Source of the DNA: a bacterium
Lineage (GTDB): Bacteria > Hydrothermota > Tepidihabitantia > Tepidihabitantales > Tepidihabitantaceae
DNA length: 28,245 bases
Direction: 5' to 3'
Assembly (NCBI GenBank): GCA_046485285.1
Contig: JAWOHE010000049.1
Span: 1-28,245, forward strand
The notes beneath the pieces are model-generated. The model did no database searches. It saw only the letters and a program-made list of their open reading frames with translations, and was not told the origin of the DNA. The translations under genes were made by a program, and so were the position numbers. Positions within the stretch are counted from its first letter, which is position 1, and each line of letters starts with the position of its first letter. Below, piece after piece: positions 16,469 through 24,202 of this stretch.

Positions 16469-19396
16469 GTGCGCGTGAGGAGGCTGCTGCCACTGCTGTT
16501 GCTCGGGGCTCTCGTCACCTGTCGGCGGTTCGACAACCCGCTTGACCCGGCCAACAACCAGCCGCCGGGGGTACCCGACAACCCGGTGCCGGCGGTCGGC
16601 GCGGAGAAGCAGGACACGGTTGGGCTGATGCTGAGCTGGACCTGTGCCGACCCGGACTCCGCCATCGGCGACTCCCTTACTTACGATGTCTACTTCGGAT
16701 CCGTGATTCCCCCGCCCAGAGTTGTGTCCGCGATCAGCGCCACGGAATGGGCGACCGGGCCGCTGGCTCTGGGTTTGACTTTCCGCTGGCGGGTCGTTGC
16801 CCGCGACGCGCGGGGCGACACCACGCCCGGGCCGGTCTGGCACTTCACCACCAACGCCAATCAGCGGCCGTCGGTCCCCGCGAATCCGGTTCCCGGGAAT
16901 GGCGCCGACGGGCTGCCGACCGGGGTTGCCCTGTCGTGGCAGGGCGGGGACCCGAATTCGGGCGACACGTTGGCCTACGACCTCTACCTGGGTCGTACCG
17001 ACCCGCCGCCGCTCATCCTTGCGGGGCTGGACGAGCCGGGGTGGACCGTAGCCGGGCTCGATCACTCGCGCACCTACCACTGGCGGGTCGTGGCGCGAGA
17101 CCAGGACTCGGCTGAGACTTCTGGACCGGTGTGGCAGTTCTCGACGATGAGCCAAGTCGAGTTCATCTCGCCCGCGGGGGGTGAGAAGTGGCGAATCGGC
17201 ACCCAGAATGCGGTGCGATGGAGCGGCGGCACGGACCGAGCGGATGGCATCAGGCCGAAGGTAATCGGCAAAGGGGTCAAGGTGCCAGGCTGGCCGGCAA
17301 AGGACGATGCCGATTCGACGGTCCTTTACCACTCACCTGATTCTGGTGCTGTCTGGCTTCGGATTGCGCGGGTGAGTCTGTCTGGTCAGTACAACTGGTT
17401 CGTGACCGGCCCGGAGGGACCGAGCGCAATGGTCCAGGTACGCATTCACGTCGGGCCGCATCTCGAGCGGGCGTCGAGCAACCCGTTCATGGTCTATGAC
17501 GCGCCCAGTCCGATTACTGTCACCTCGCCGTCGGCAGGTGCGCGCTGGCGCGTTGGTGAGCACCGGACAATTGCCTGGTCTGGCGGCACCGACGGGAGTG
17601 ACTCCGCGGTTACCTTCTACTCGACGGACAATGGCCGGAACTGGATCAGACTCGGGCGCGCGGTCCAGGCGGGAAGTTACGATTGGCTCGTACCCGCACC
17701 GACGACCGACTCGGCGCAGGTGCGCGTGCGCTCGTACGTCGCTGACCTGCGGGAGGACGGTGTCAGTGGCCGGTTCAGCGTGGCGGGACCACAGCCGGTG
17801 TTCGTGACCGCTCCGGACAGCAACTCCCGCTGGCGGGCGTTCACTCTCCAGACAGTGGGTTGGTACAGCGAGGCCAGCCCCATTGACTCGGCTGTCGTAT
17901 CCCACCGACCGGATACGATTGGATCCTGGCAGCGGCAGGGCAAAACGACGGGCAGCAGCTACGCATGGATGGTGCCGTTGCCGGCGACCGACCGGGCCCA
18001 AGTCCTGGTCGAACTGTGGCAGGGCCAGTCCAATGACGCCGGTACGAGCTCGCCGTTCGTGATCTACGACACGCTGCCTCCCGCCCCGATAGTCGTACTC
18101 TCGCCGGCGGGTGGGGAGGCTTGGCTGGCCGGTTCTACTCACGACATACTCTGGTCAGGCGGCACCGATGGCGTGGACTCTGCGGTCGTCTCTTACTCTC
18201 CCGATGACGGTGGGACTTGGTCGCGTCAGGGCCTTGCGCGCGAGCCAGGTCGGTTCCGCTGGACACTCCCGAGTCAGACCTCGGACTTGGCGCGGGTTGT
18301 CGTGAGGGCTTGGTGTCTGGGCCGGTCCACCCAGGGTGTCTCCAACCGGTTCCGCATTGCCCGCGAAGGCTATCCTGATTCGGTCGTTGCGACAGTCGCA
18401 GTGGGAAGCCGGCCGGTCGCAGGATGCTGGAACTCCCGTGAGAGCAAGTTGTATGTGGCCAACTACACCTCGGGGACTGTGACGGTGATCAGCGGCACCA
18501 ACGACAGCGTGATCGCCACCGTTACCGTAGGGAGTTACCCGACGGCTCTGGTCTATGATTCGCTGCGTAACAAGGTCTATTGTGCGAACGAGGGCAATCG
18601 AAGCGTCACGGTCATCGACGGGGCGAACAATGCCGTGCTGGGTACGGTTATGGTAGGGACTGCCCCGCGTGCACTTGCATACAACTCGACAAGCGGTCGC
18701 GTCTACGTTGCGAATTACGGAACTGGCGCCAACTCGGTCTCGGTGATTGACGGCGCTACCGATTCGGTCATAGCGACGGTGCCCTGCGGTGAGAGGCCAC
18801 GAGCGCTGGCCTGGAATCCAGTACACAACAGGGTCTACGTCGCCTGCTATGCCGGGAACGTGGTGACCGTGTTCGACGGCGAGACCAATGCGGTCATTGA
18901 CTCGGTTCAGGTCGGCTATGCGCCCTGTGCAGTTGCCGTCGTAGGCGACCGACACCATATCTACGTTGCCAACTCGGGTCCCGGTTCGAACTCCGTGTCG
19001 GTGATCGATGCGGTCAATAACTCGATTGTCGCGCACGTGCCGGTTGGGGCCAGGCCCTGCGCGCTGGCCTGGAACCCGACCGCGAACATGGTTTATGCTG
19101 TGAGCGAGGCAGTCGGCAGCGTCGCCGTCATCCGGACCGCGGACCAGCAGGTCGTGTCAGTTGTTGGCGTCGGGTCGCTACCAGGAGCAGTTGTGTGGGC
19201 CTCGAGTGTCAACATGGCTTACATTGCCTGCCGGGGAAGCGATCAGGTGGCAATCATCAACGGCAGCACGAATGCGCTCGCGAAGCTGCTTGGCGTTGGA
19301 AGCGAGCCGAGGGCTCTGGTTTGGAATCCATTAGGCGGCCGGGTCTATGCGGTCAACGACGTGTCCGGGACGGTCTCGGTCATAGGGTACCGCTAG
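16469..19396 (+). CDS. Large lipoprotein: 2 FN3-like repeats, 4 Ig-like (SPxGGExW) repeats, YVTN/YncE-type beta-propeller with 8 repeats
   Basis: Lipobox LVTC after RRLLPLLLLGA; two NQ.P..P.NP.P...LSW...DP...YD.Y.G...WRVVARD...GPVW.F.T repeats; four ITVTSP..G..W...I.WSGGTD-like repeats; eight V.VG..P.A...N....YVAN...VSVID repeats. Confidence 0.85.
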   Translation: MRVRRLLPLLLLGALVTCRRFDNPLDPANNQPPGVPDNPVPAVGAEKQDTVGLMLSWTCADPDSAIGDSLTYDVYFGSVIPPPRVVSAISATEWATGPLALGLTFRWRVVARDARGDTTPGPVWHFTTNANQRPSVPANPVPGNGADGLPTGVALSWQGGDPNSGDTLAYDLYLGRTDPPPLILAGLDEPGWTVAGLDHSRTYHWRVVARDQDSAETSGPVWQFSTMSQVEFISPAGGEKWRIGTQNAVRWSGGTDRADGIRPKVIGKGVKVPGWPAKDDADSTVLYHSPDSGAVWLRIARVSLSGQYNWFVTGPEGPSAMVQVRIHVGPHLERASSNPFMVYDAPSPITVTSPSAGARWRVGEHRTIAWSGGTDGSDSAVTFYSTDNGRNWIRLGRAVQAGSYDWLVPAPTTDSAQVRVRSYVADLREDGVSGRFSVAGPQPVFVTAPDSNSRWRAFTLQTVGWYSEASPIDSAVVSHRPDTIGSWQRQGKTTGSSYAWMVPLPATDRAQVLVELWQGQSNDAGTSSPFVIYDTLPPAPIVVLSPAGGEAWLAGSTHDILWSGGTDGVDSAVVSYSPDDGGTWSRQGLAREPGRFRWTLPSQTSDLARVVVRAWCLGRSTQGVSNRFRIAREGYPDSVVATVAVGSRPVAGCWNSRESKLYVANYTSGTVTVISGTNDSVIATVTVGSYPTALVYDSLRNKVYCANEGNRSVTVIDGANNAVLGTVMVGTAPRALAYNSTSGRVYVANYGTGANSVSVIDGATDSVIATVPCGERPRALAWNPVHNRVYVACYAGNVVTVFDGETNAVIDSVQVGYAPCAVAVVGDRHHIYVANSGPGSNSVSVIDAVNNSIVAHVPVGARPCALAWNPTANMVYAVSEAVGSVAVIRTADQQVVSVVGVGSLPGAVVWASSVNMAYIACRGSDQVAIINGSTNALAKLLGVGSEPRALVWNPLGGRVYAVNDVSGTVSVIGYR

Positions 19397-19473
19397 CTCG
19401 GTCGCCTTCCAGTACGCCGCGTTCTCCGACACGCAGTTCTCGTTCGGTGGCGGCTTGGCCTTGGCGATCTCGT

Positions 19474-19501
19474 TTGACCTGCAAGGGGCGAAGTCTATAA
19501 T
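19474..19501 (+). promoter_or_regulatory. sigma70-like promoter for the hypD operon, probably leaderless
   Basis: TTGACC (19474-19479), 16 bp, TATAAT (19496-19501); GTG start 6 nt downstream; no SD. Confidence 0.75.
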
Positions 19502-19507
19502 CGGCTC

Positions 19508-20614
19508 GTGACGGGCCGTGCACCGGACGCGAAGCTGGTTCGTTCGCTCCTTGACAGGGTCAACGGGAAGGTCGGCCAGCTCTGTTCGGGACAGGGCCGC
19601 GATTCGATCAGCCTGATGGAGGTGTGCGGAACGCACACGATGGCGATTTCCGGGCACGGCATCCGCCGGGCGGTCGATTCCAGGTTAAGGTTGTTATCCG
19701 GGCCGGGGTGCCCGGTTTGCGTGACGACTCAGCCGGAGGTGGACGCCGCCATCGGGCTGGCGAGGAGGCCGGGGACGGTGGTGGCGACGTTCGGGGATAT
19801 GCTGAGGGTGCCGGGCGCACGGGGGTCGCTGGAGGAGGCGCGGGCCGCAGGGGCGGACGTTCGGGTCGTCTACTCGGCACTGGATGCCCTGCGGCTGGCC
19901 CAATCCGCGCCGGAGCGCGAGGTCGTATTCCTCGGCGTCGGGTTCGAGACGACCGCGCCGACAGTGGCGGCGGCAGTGCTGGCGGCCCGGTCCCGGCGCG
20001 TAGGCAACTTCACGGTTCTGCCGCTGTTCAAGCTGGTGCCTCCCGCATTGCGGCTGATAGCCGGGTCGGAGCGGGTGAGCGTCGACGGGTTCCTGTTGCC
20101 CGGTCACGTGTCGGTGATTATCGGGACTGCGCCGTACGCCTTCCTGGCCAATGACTACGCGCTACCAGCGGTGGTTGCAGGGTTCGAGGCGGCCGACATC
20201 GTCCAGTCGCTATGGATGCTCCTGGTCCAGCTCGAGACCGGTCCGAGGCTGGAGATTCAGTACCGCCGGAGCGTGCGGCCGGAGGGCAACCCGGCGGCGC
20301 AGAAGGTGATGGCCGAGGTCTTTGAGCCGTGTGACGCCGACTGGCGGGAAATCGGCATCATCCCGGGGTCCGGGCTGGCCTTCCGGCCGGCGTTTCGCGA
20401 GTTCGACGCGGTTCTGCGGTTCGGCGTGAAGCCAGGTCGGTCGCGCCGGAGCGCCTGTCGATGCGGCGAGGTGATGCTGGGTGTTATCGCGCCACCGGAC
20501 TGCAAGCTGTTCGCGCGCAAGTGCCGGCCGGAGTCGCCGGTCGGGCCGTGCATGGTGTCGTCCGAGGGCGCCTGCGCGGCCTGGTTCAAGTACGAACGGG
20601 AGCATGATGACTGA
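19508..20614 (+). CDS. hypD: Hydrogenase maturation protein HypD
   Basis: MEVCGTHT, GPGCPVC, TFGDMLRVPG, GFETTAP, PGHVS and C-terminal CRCGEV...C...C...GPCMVSSEGAC. Confidence 0.97.
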   Translation: MTGRAPDAKLVRSLLDRVNGKVGQLCSGQGRDSISLMEVCGTHTMAISGHGIRRAVDSRLRLLSGPGCPVCVTTQPEVDAAIGLARRPGTVVATFGDMLRVPGARGSLEEARAAGADVRVVYSALDALRLAQSAPEREVVFLGVGFETTAPTVAAAVLAARSRRVGNFTVLPLFKLVPPALRLIAGSERVSVDGFLLPGHVSVIIGTAPYAFLANDYALPAVVAGFEAADIVQSLWMLLVQLETGPRLEIQYRRSVRPEGNPAAQKVMAEVFEPCDADWREIGIIPGSGLAFRPAFREFDAVLRFGVKPGRSRRSACRCGEVMLGVIAPPDCKLFARKCRPESPVGPCMVSSEGACAAWFKYEREHDD

Positions 20615-21707
20615 GCGCGGCGGAGCCGGAAGTACAAGGACACAAAGGCCCGGCGGAGTAGCGAGCCGGGACTTCGGATCACGGGCCATAAACCCTGTAC
20701 CAACCGGGGACCGGATAGTGATGGGGCACGGTGCGGGCGGCCGGAAGATGCACCGGCTCATCCGAGAAGTGTTCCTACGCCGGTTCGGCAACCCGGTGCT
20801 GGCGAGGCTGGGCGACGCGGCCGAACTCGGCGCGCAGCGCGGCCGGCTCGCGGTTTCGACCGACTCCTACGTCGTGCGGCCGTTGTTCTTCCCGGGCGGC
20901 GACATCGGCCGGCTCTGTGTCTGCGGGACGGTGAACGACCTGGCGGTCGCCGGCGCGGAGCCGCGCTGGCTGACGGTCGGATTCGTCCTGCGCGAGGGGC
21001 TGGCGCTCGGCACGCTCGACCGGGTGTGCCGGTCCCTGGCCGCCACCGCGCGAGCTGCCGGAGTCGCGGTCGTCACCGGCGACACCAAGGTCATCGAGCG
21101 CGGGGGGGAGGCGGAGGAGCTTTACGTCAATACCACCGGAATCGGCGTCGTCCCGCCCGGGGTCCGGCTCGGGCCGGAGCGGGTGAGGCCGGGCGACGTG
21201 CTGGTCATCAACGGACGCATCGGCGAGCACGAAGCGGCAATCGGGGTCGCCCGCGGCGGGTTCCGGTTTCGTTCGAGGGTCCGAAGCGACTGCGCGCCGC
21301 TTCACCGGCTCTGCGGGAGGCTGGTTGGCGCCGGCGGTGTCAGGCTGATGCGCGACCCGACGCGGGGCGGACTCGCGACGACGCTGGCCGAGTTTGCCGG
21401 GTCAACCGGCCTCGGGTTCGTCATCAACGAGGAACTGGTCCCGGTGTCGAGCGCGGTGCGTGGCGTCGCCGGGCTCCTCGGCCTCGACCCGCTCTACATG
21501 GCCAACGAGGGCAAGGTGCTGGCCGTCTGCGACGCGCGCCGGGCCGGGCGGCTGGTCGCGACCGCGCGCCGGGACGCCCGGGGCCGGCACGCCGTGCGGA
21601 TCGGCGAGGTCGTCCGGGCGCCGGCAGGCGTCTGGCTTCGTACCCGGCTCGGCTCGCTGCGCCGGCTGATAATGCTCGAGGGCGAGCAACTCCCGAGAAT
21701 ATGCTAG
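20604..21707 (+). CDS. hypE: Hydrogenase maturation protein HypE (carbamoyl dehydratase)
   Basis: HGAGG, STDSYVVRPLFFPGGDIG.L.V.GTVNDLA, TGDTKV, SDCAPL, MRDPTRGG, ANEG, terminal GEQLPRIC. Start uncertain (ATG 20604/20607 overlapping the hypD end). Confidence 0.95.
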   Translation: MMTERGGAGSTRTQRPGGVASRDFGSRAINPVPTGDRIVMGHGAGGRKMHRLIREVFLRRFGNPVLARLGDAAELGAQRGRLAVSTDSYVVRPLFFPGGDIGRLCVCGTVNDLAVAGAEPRWLTVGFVLREGLALGTLDRVCRSLAATARAAGVAVVTGDTKVIERGGEAEELYVNTTGIGVVPPGVRLGPERVRPGDVLVINGRIGEHEAAIGVARGGFRFRSRVRSDCAPLHRLCGRLVGAGGVRLMRDPTRGGLATTLAEFAGSTGLGFVINEELVPVSSAVRGVAGLLGLDPLYMANEGKVLAVCDARRAGRLVATARRDARGRHAVRIGEVVRAPAGVWLRTRLGSLRRLIMLEGEQLPRIC

Positions 21708-22774
21708 AGCACGGGACGCCCGGGAACTCCGGGGCAGACGGACTGCCGGCGGGTCTGGAGCGGCATTTCGGGCTGGCCGGGATCCATGGCAACACGCTGC
21801 TGGGTCGGATACGGGAGCCGCTTCGGGAGAATGTCGCGGCCCTGCGTCGCCTGTTCGCGGCGCGCGGCCAGCTTGCCTGGTTCAGCCCCGAGGAGGAGGG
21901 CCACAGCATCGTCTGCGGACCGGCGCCGGAGCTGAGGCCGGCCCGCCGCTGGGTGAATCTCCTGCTCTTCGGCCTGACCGTGCTTTCCACCCTCTTCGTC
22001 GGAGCGCTGCAGATGGGCCGCAACCCGGTGACGAACCCGCTCGAGCTGGTCCATGGCGTGCCGTTCTCACTCGCGATCATCCTGATCCTCGGCAGCCACG
22101 AACTCGGCCACTACTTCATCGCCCGGCGGCTGGGCGTCGACGCGACCCTGCCGTACTTCCTGCCGGTGCCGCACCCGATGACCGGGACGATGGGCGCGTT
22201 CATCCGGATGCGATCACCGGTGCCGGACCGCGCCGCGCTCGTCCGGGTCGGTGTCGCCGGGCCGCTGGTCGGGTTCCTTGTTGCGATACCGGTGACGGTC
22301 ATCGGGCTCGCGTTGAGCCAGGTCGTCGAGACCGGGCCGGACATTCCGGGCATCAGCCTCGGCAGTTCGCTCGTCTTCCGGCTCCTGTCCTGGCTCAGGT
22401 TCGGGAACCTGCCCGAGGGGAAGGACGTTATGCTCCACCCGGTCGCGTTCGCGGGCTGGCTCGGGTTCTTCGTCACCGCGCTCAACCTGCTGCCCGCCGG
22501 CCAGCTCGACGGCGGGCACATCGCCTACGCGGTCGCCGGCCGGTTCCGCCGGGCGGTCGGCTGGGCAGTCATCGCGGTGCTCCTCGGGCTGGGTTTCCTC
22601 TGGCTGGGCTGGCCTTTCTGGGCAGTGATGATCGCGCTCTTCGGCCTGCGCCACCCGCGGCCGCTGGACGAGGTCACGCCGCTCGAGCGGGCGGACTGGC
22701 TGCTGGCCGGCGCGGCGCTGGTCCTGCTGGTCCTGACATTCATACCGGCACCGTTCGGGCCGGTCCGGGTCTGA
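21701..22774 (+). CDS. Site-2 protease (M50) intramembrane metalloprotease, EGY-like
   Basis: HELGH, LPYFLP, GTMGAFI, AGPLVG, LHPVAFAGW.G..VTALNLLPAGQLDGGHI; ATG 21701 overlaps the hypE end. Confidence 0.93.
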   Translation: MLEHGTPGNSGADGLPAGLERHFGLAGIHGNTLLGRIREPLRENVAALRRLFAARGQLAWFSPEEEGHSIVCGPAPELRPARRWVNLLLFGLTVLSTLFVGALQMGRNPVTNPLELVHGVPFSLAIILILGSHELGHYFIARRLGVDATLPYFLPVPHPMTGTMGAFIRMRSPVPDRAALVRVGVAGPLVGFLVAIPVTVIGLALSQVVETGPDIPGISLGSSLVFRLLSWLRFGNLPEGKDVMLHPVAFAGWLGFFVTALNLLPAGQLDGGHIAYAVAGRFRRAVGWAVIAVLLGLGFLWLGWPFWAVMIALFGLRHPRPLDEVTPLERADWLLAGAALVLLVLTFIPAPFGPVRV

Positions 22775-22776
22775 CC

Positions 22777-23445
22777 GTGGCGGTGACGGACTACGCCCGG
22801 CTCCGGCAGGGGATGATCGAGACCCAGCTCCGGCCGCGCGGCATAAGGGACGCGCGGGTACTGGCGGCGCTGGCGAAGGTCCCGCGCGAGGAGTTCGTCC
22901 CGGAGAGCTTCCGGCACCATGCCTACGAGGACCGGCCGCTGCCGATCGGGCGCGGCCAGACGATTTCCCAGCCCTATATCGTCGCGGCGATGACCGAGGC
23001 GCTGAAGCCGGGCCCGGCCGACAGCGTGCTCGAGGTCGGTACTGGCTCCGGCTACCAGGCGGCGGTGCTTGCCGAGCTGGCGGGTTGGGTGTACTCGATT
23101 GAATTGCTGGCCGAGCTTTCCGCGCTGGCGCGGCGGACGCTGGCCCGGCAGGGGTACCGGAACGTCCGGCTCCGTGTCGGCAACGGTCAGGCGGGCTGGC
23201 CCGAGGTCGCCCCGTTCGACCGCATCATCGTCACCGCCGGCGCCGAGACGATGCCGTTCGCGCTGGTCGGGCAGTTGCGGGACGGTGGCCGCATCATCGT
23301 GCCGGTCGGCCGGGGCGAAGTCCAGACGTTGATCCTTGGTGTCAAGCGGGATGGCCGGCTCGTCCAGCGGGCGTTGTTCGATTGCGTGTTCGTGCCGTTC
23401 GTGCGCGGCCAGCCGGCGGGACGGTCAGCCGATGACCGCGGTTGA
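22777..23445 (+). CDS. pcm: Protein-L-isoaspartate(D-aspartate) O-methyltransferase
   Basis: VPREEFVP, AYEDRPLPIG.GQTISQPYIVA.M, VLEVGTGSGYQAA, APFDRIIVTAG, FVPF. Confidence 0.96.
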   Translation: MAVTDYARLRQGMIETQLRPRGIRDARVLAALAKVPREEFVPESFRHHAYEDRPLPIGRGQTISQPYIVAAMTEALKPGPADSVLEVGTGSGYQAAVLAELAGWVYSIELLAELSALARRTLARQGYRNVRLRVGNGQAGWPEVAPFDRIIVTAGAETMPFALVGQLRDGGRIIVPVGRGEVQTLILGVKRDGRLVQRALFDCVFVPFVRGQPAGRSADDRG

Positions 23446-23469
23446 CTGCCGTCGTTTTGCGCCTATCAT
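23442..23469 (+). promoter_or_regulatory. sigma70-like promoter for tRNA-Pro and the downstream operon
   Basis: TTGACT (23442-23447), 16 bp, TATCAT (23464-23469). Confidence 0.7.
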
Positions 23470-23504
23470 CTTGGGCGCTCAGGCGAGCGCAAGTGCAGAA
23501 AAGA

Positions 23505-23578
23505 CGGGGCGTAGCGCAGTTGGTTAGCGCGCTTGGTTCGGGACCAAGAGGTCGCTGGTTCAAATCCAGTCGCCCCGA
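23505..23578 (+). tRNA. tRNA-Pro (anticodon CGG), CCA not encoded
   Basis: Acceptor stem CGGGGCG/CGCCCCG plus discriminator A; D arm GCGC..TGG..GCGC; anticodon arm CTTGG-TTCGGGA-CCAAG; T arm GCTGG-TTCAAAT-CCAGT. Confidence 0.97.
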
Positions 23579-23632
23579 TCCCTTCGAAGGGACGCAGGGT
23601 CCGTCCCGTCGGACGGGGTAGCAGGACAGCGT

Positions 23633-24202
23633 ATGGACATTCCTTCACGCGAAGCGGTGCGCGAGCTCATCAGCGAGGCGGCGATCAGCCGCCGGGTCGC
23701 GGAGCTGGCCTGGCAGATCTCGGCCGACTGCGAAGGTCGGGAGCTTCTGCTCATCGGTGTTCTCAAGGGCTCGTGGGTCTTCGTCGCCGACCTGGCGCGC
23801 CGGCTGACCGTGCCGGTGGAGATCGACTTCATCACCGTTTCCAGCTACCGCAAGGGCACCCGGACATCCGGCGTCGTCGAGGTCGTCACCGACCTCAGGT
23901 GCCCGCTCGCGGACCGGGACGTGCTCCTGGTTGAGGACATCCTCGACAGCGGGCTGACAATGAGCCGCCTGCTCGACATCCTCCGCCGGCGCGGGCCGCG
24001 GAGTCTCAGGGTCTGCGTGCTGATGGACAAGCGCGCGCGACGCAAGGTCGAGGTCAAGGCCGACTACATCGGATTCGAGGTGCCGGACAGGTTCGTTGTC
24101 GGGTACGGTGCCGACTTCGCGGAGCGGTTCCGCAACCTGCCGTTCATCGGGTTCGTCGAGGAGGGCGAGATGGGAGGACAAGATGGCGCACGCGGGCGCT
24201 GA
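23633..24202 (+). CDS. hpt: Hypoxanthine phosphoribosyltransferase
   Basis: LISE..I..RV.ELA.QI, IGVLKGS.VF.ADL, VSSY, VLLVEDILDSGLT, FVVGYG.DFAE.FRNLP.IG. Confidence 0.96.
   Translation: MDIPSREAVRELISEAAISRRVAELAWQISADCEGRELLLIGVLKGSWVFVADLARRLTVPVEIDFITVSSYRKGTRTSGVVEVVTDLRCPLADRDVLLVEDILDSGLTMSRLLDILRRRGPRSLRVCVLMDKRARRKVEVKADYIGFEVPDRFVVGYGADFAERFRNLPFIGFVEEGEMGGQDGARGR

Noticed and set aside
18380-19396. Periodic DNA similarity suggesting a CRISPR array or tandem repeat
   Set aside because: It reflects degenerate protein-level YVTN repeats inside a CDS; no identical repeats with unique spacers were noticed in the window.
21026-21700. 225-aa N-terminal extension of the M50 protease in the ORF track (likewise the extensions at 15246, 20481, 24096, 24863 and 13799)
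   Set aside because: These overlap upstream genes or leaders; downstream starts with an RBS or stop/start overlap fit family boundaries better.
23505-23632. tRNA-Pro as an integration site; downstream palindrome TCCCTTCGAAGGGA as a terminator
   Set aside because: No integrase or duplicated tRNA 3' end was seen. The short hairpins lack U-tracts and are more likely processing or stability structures.
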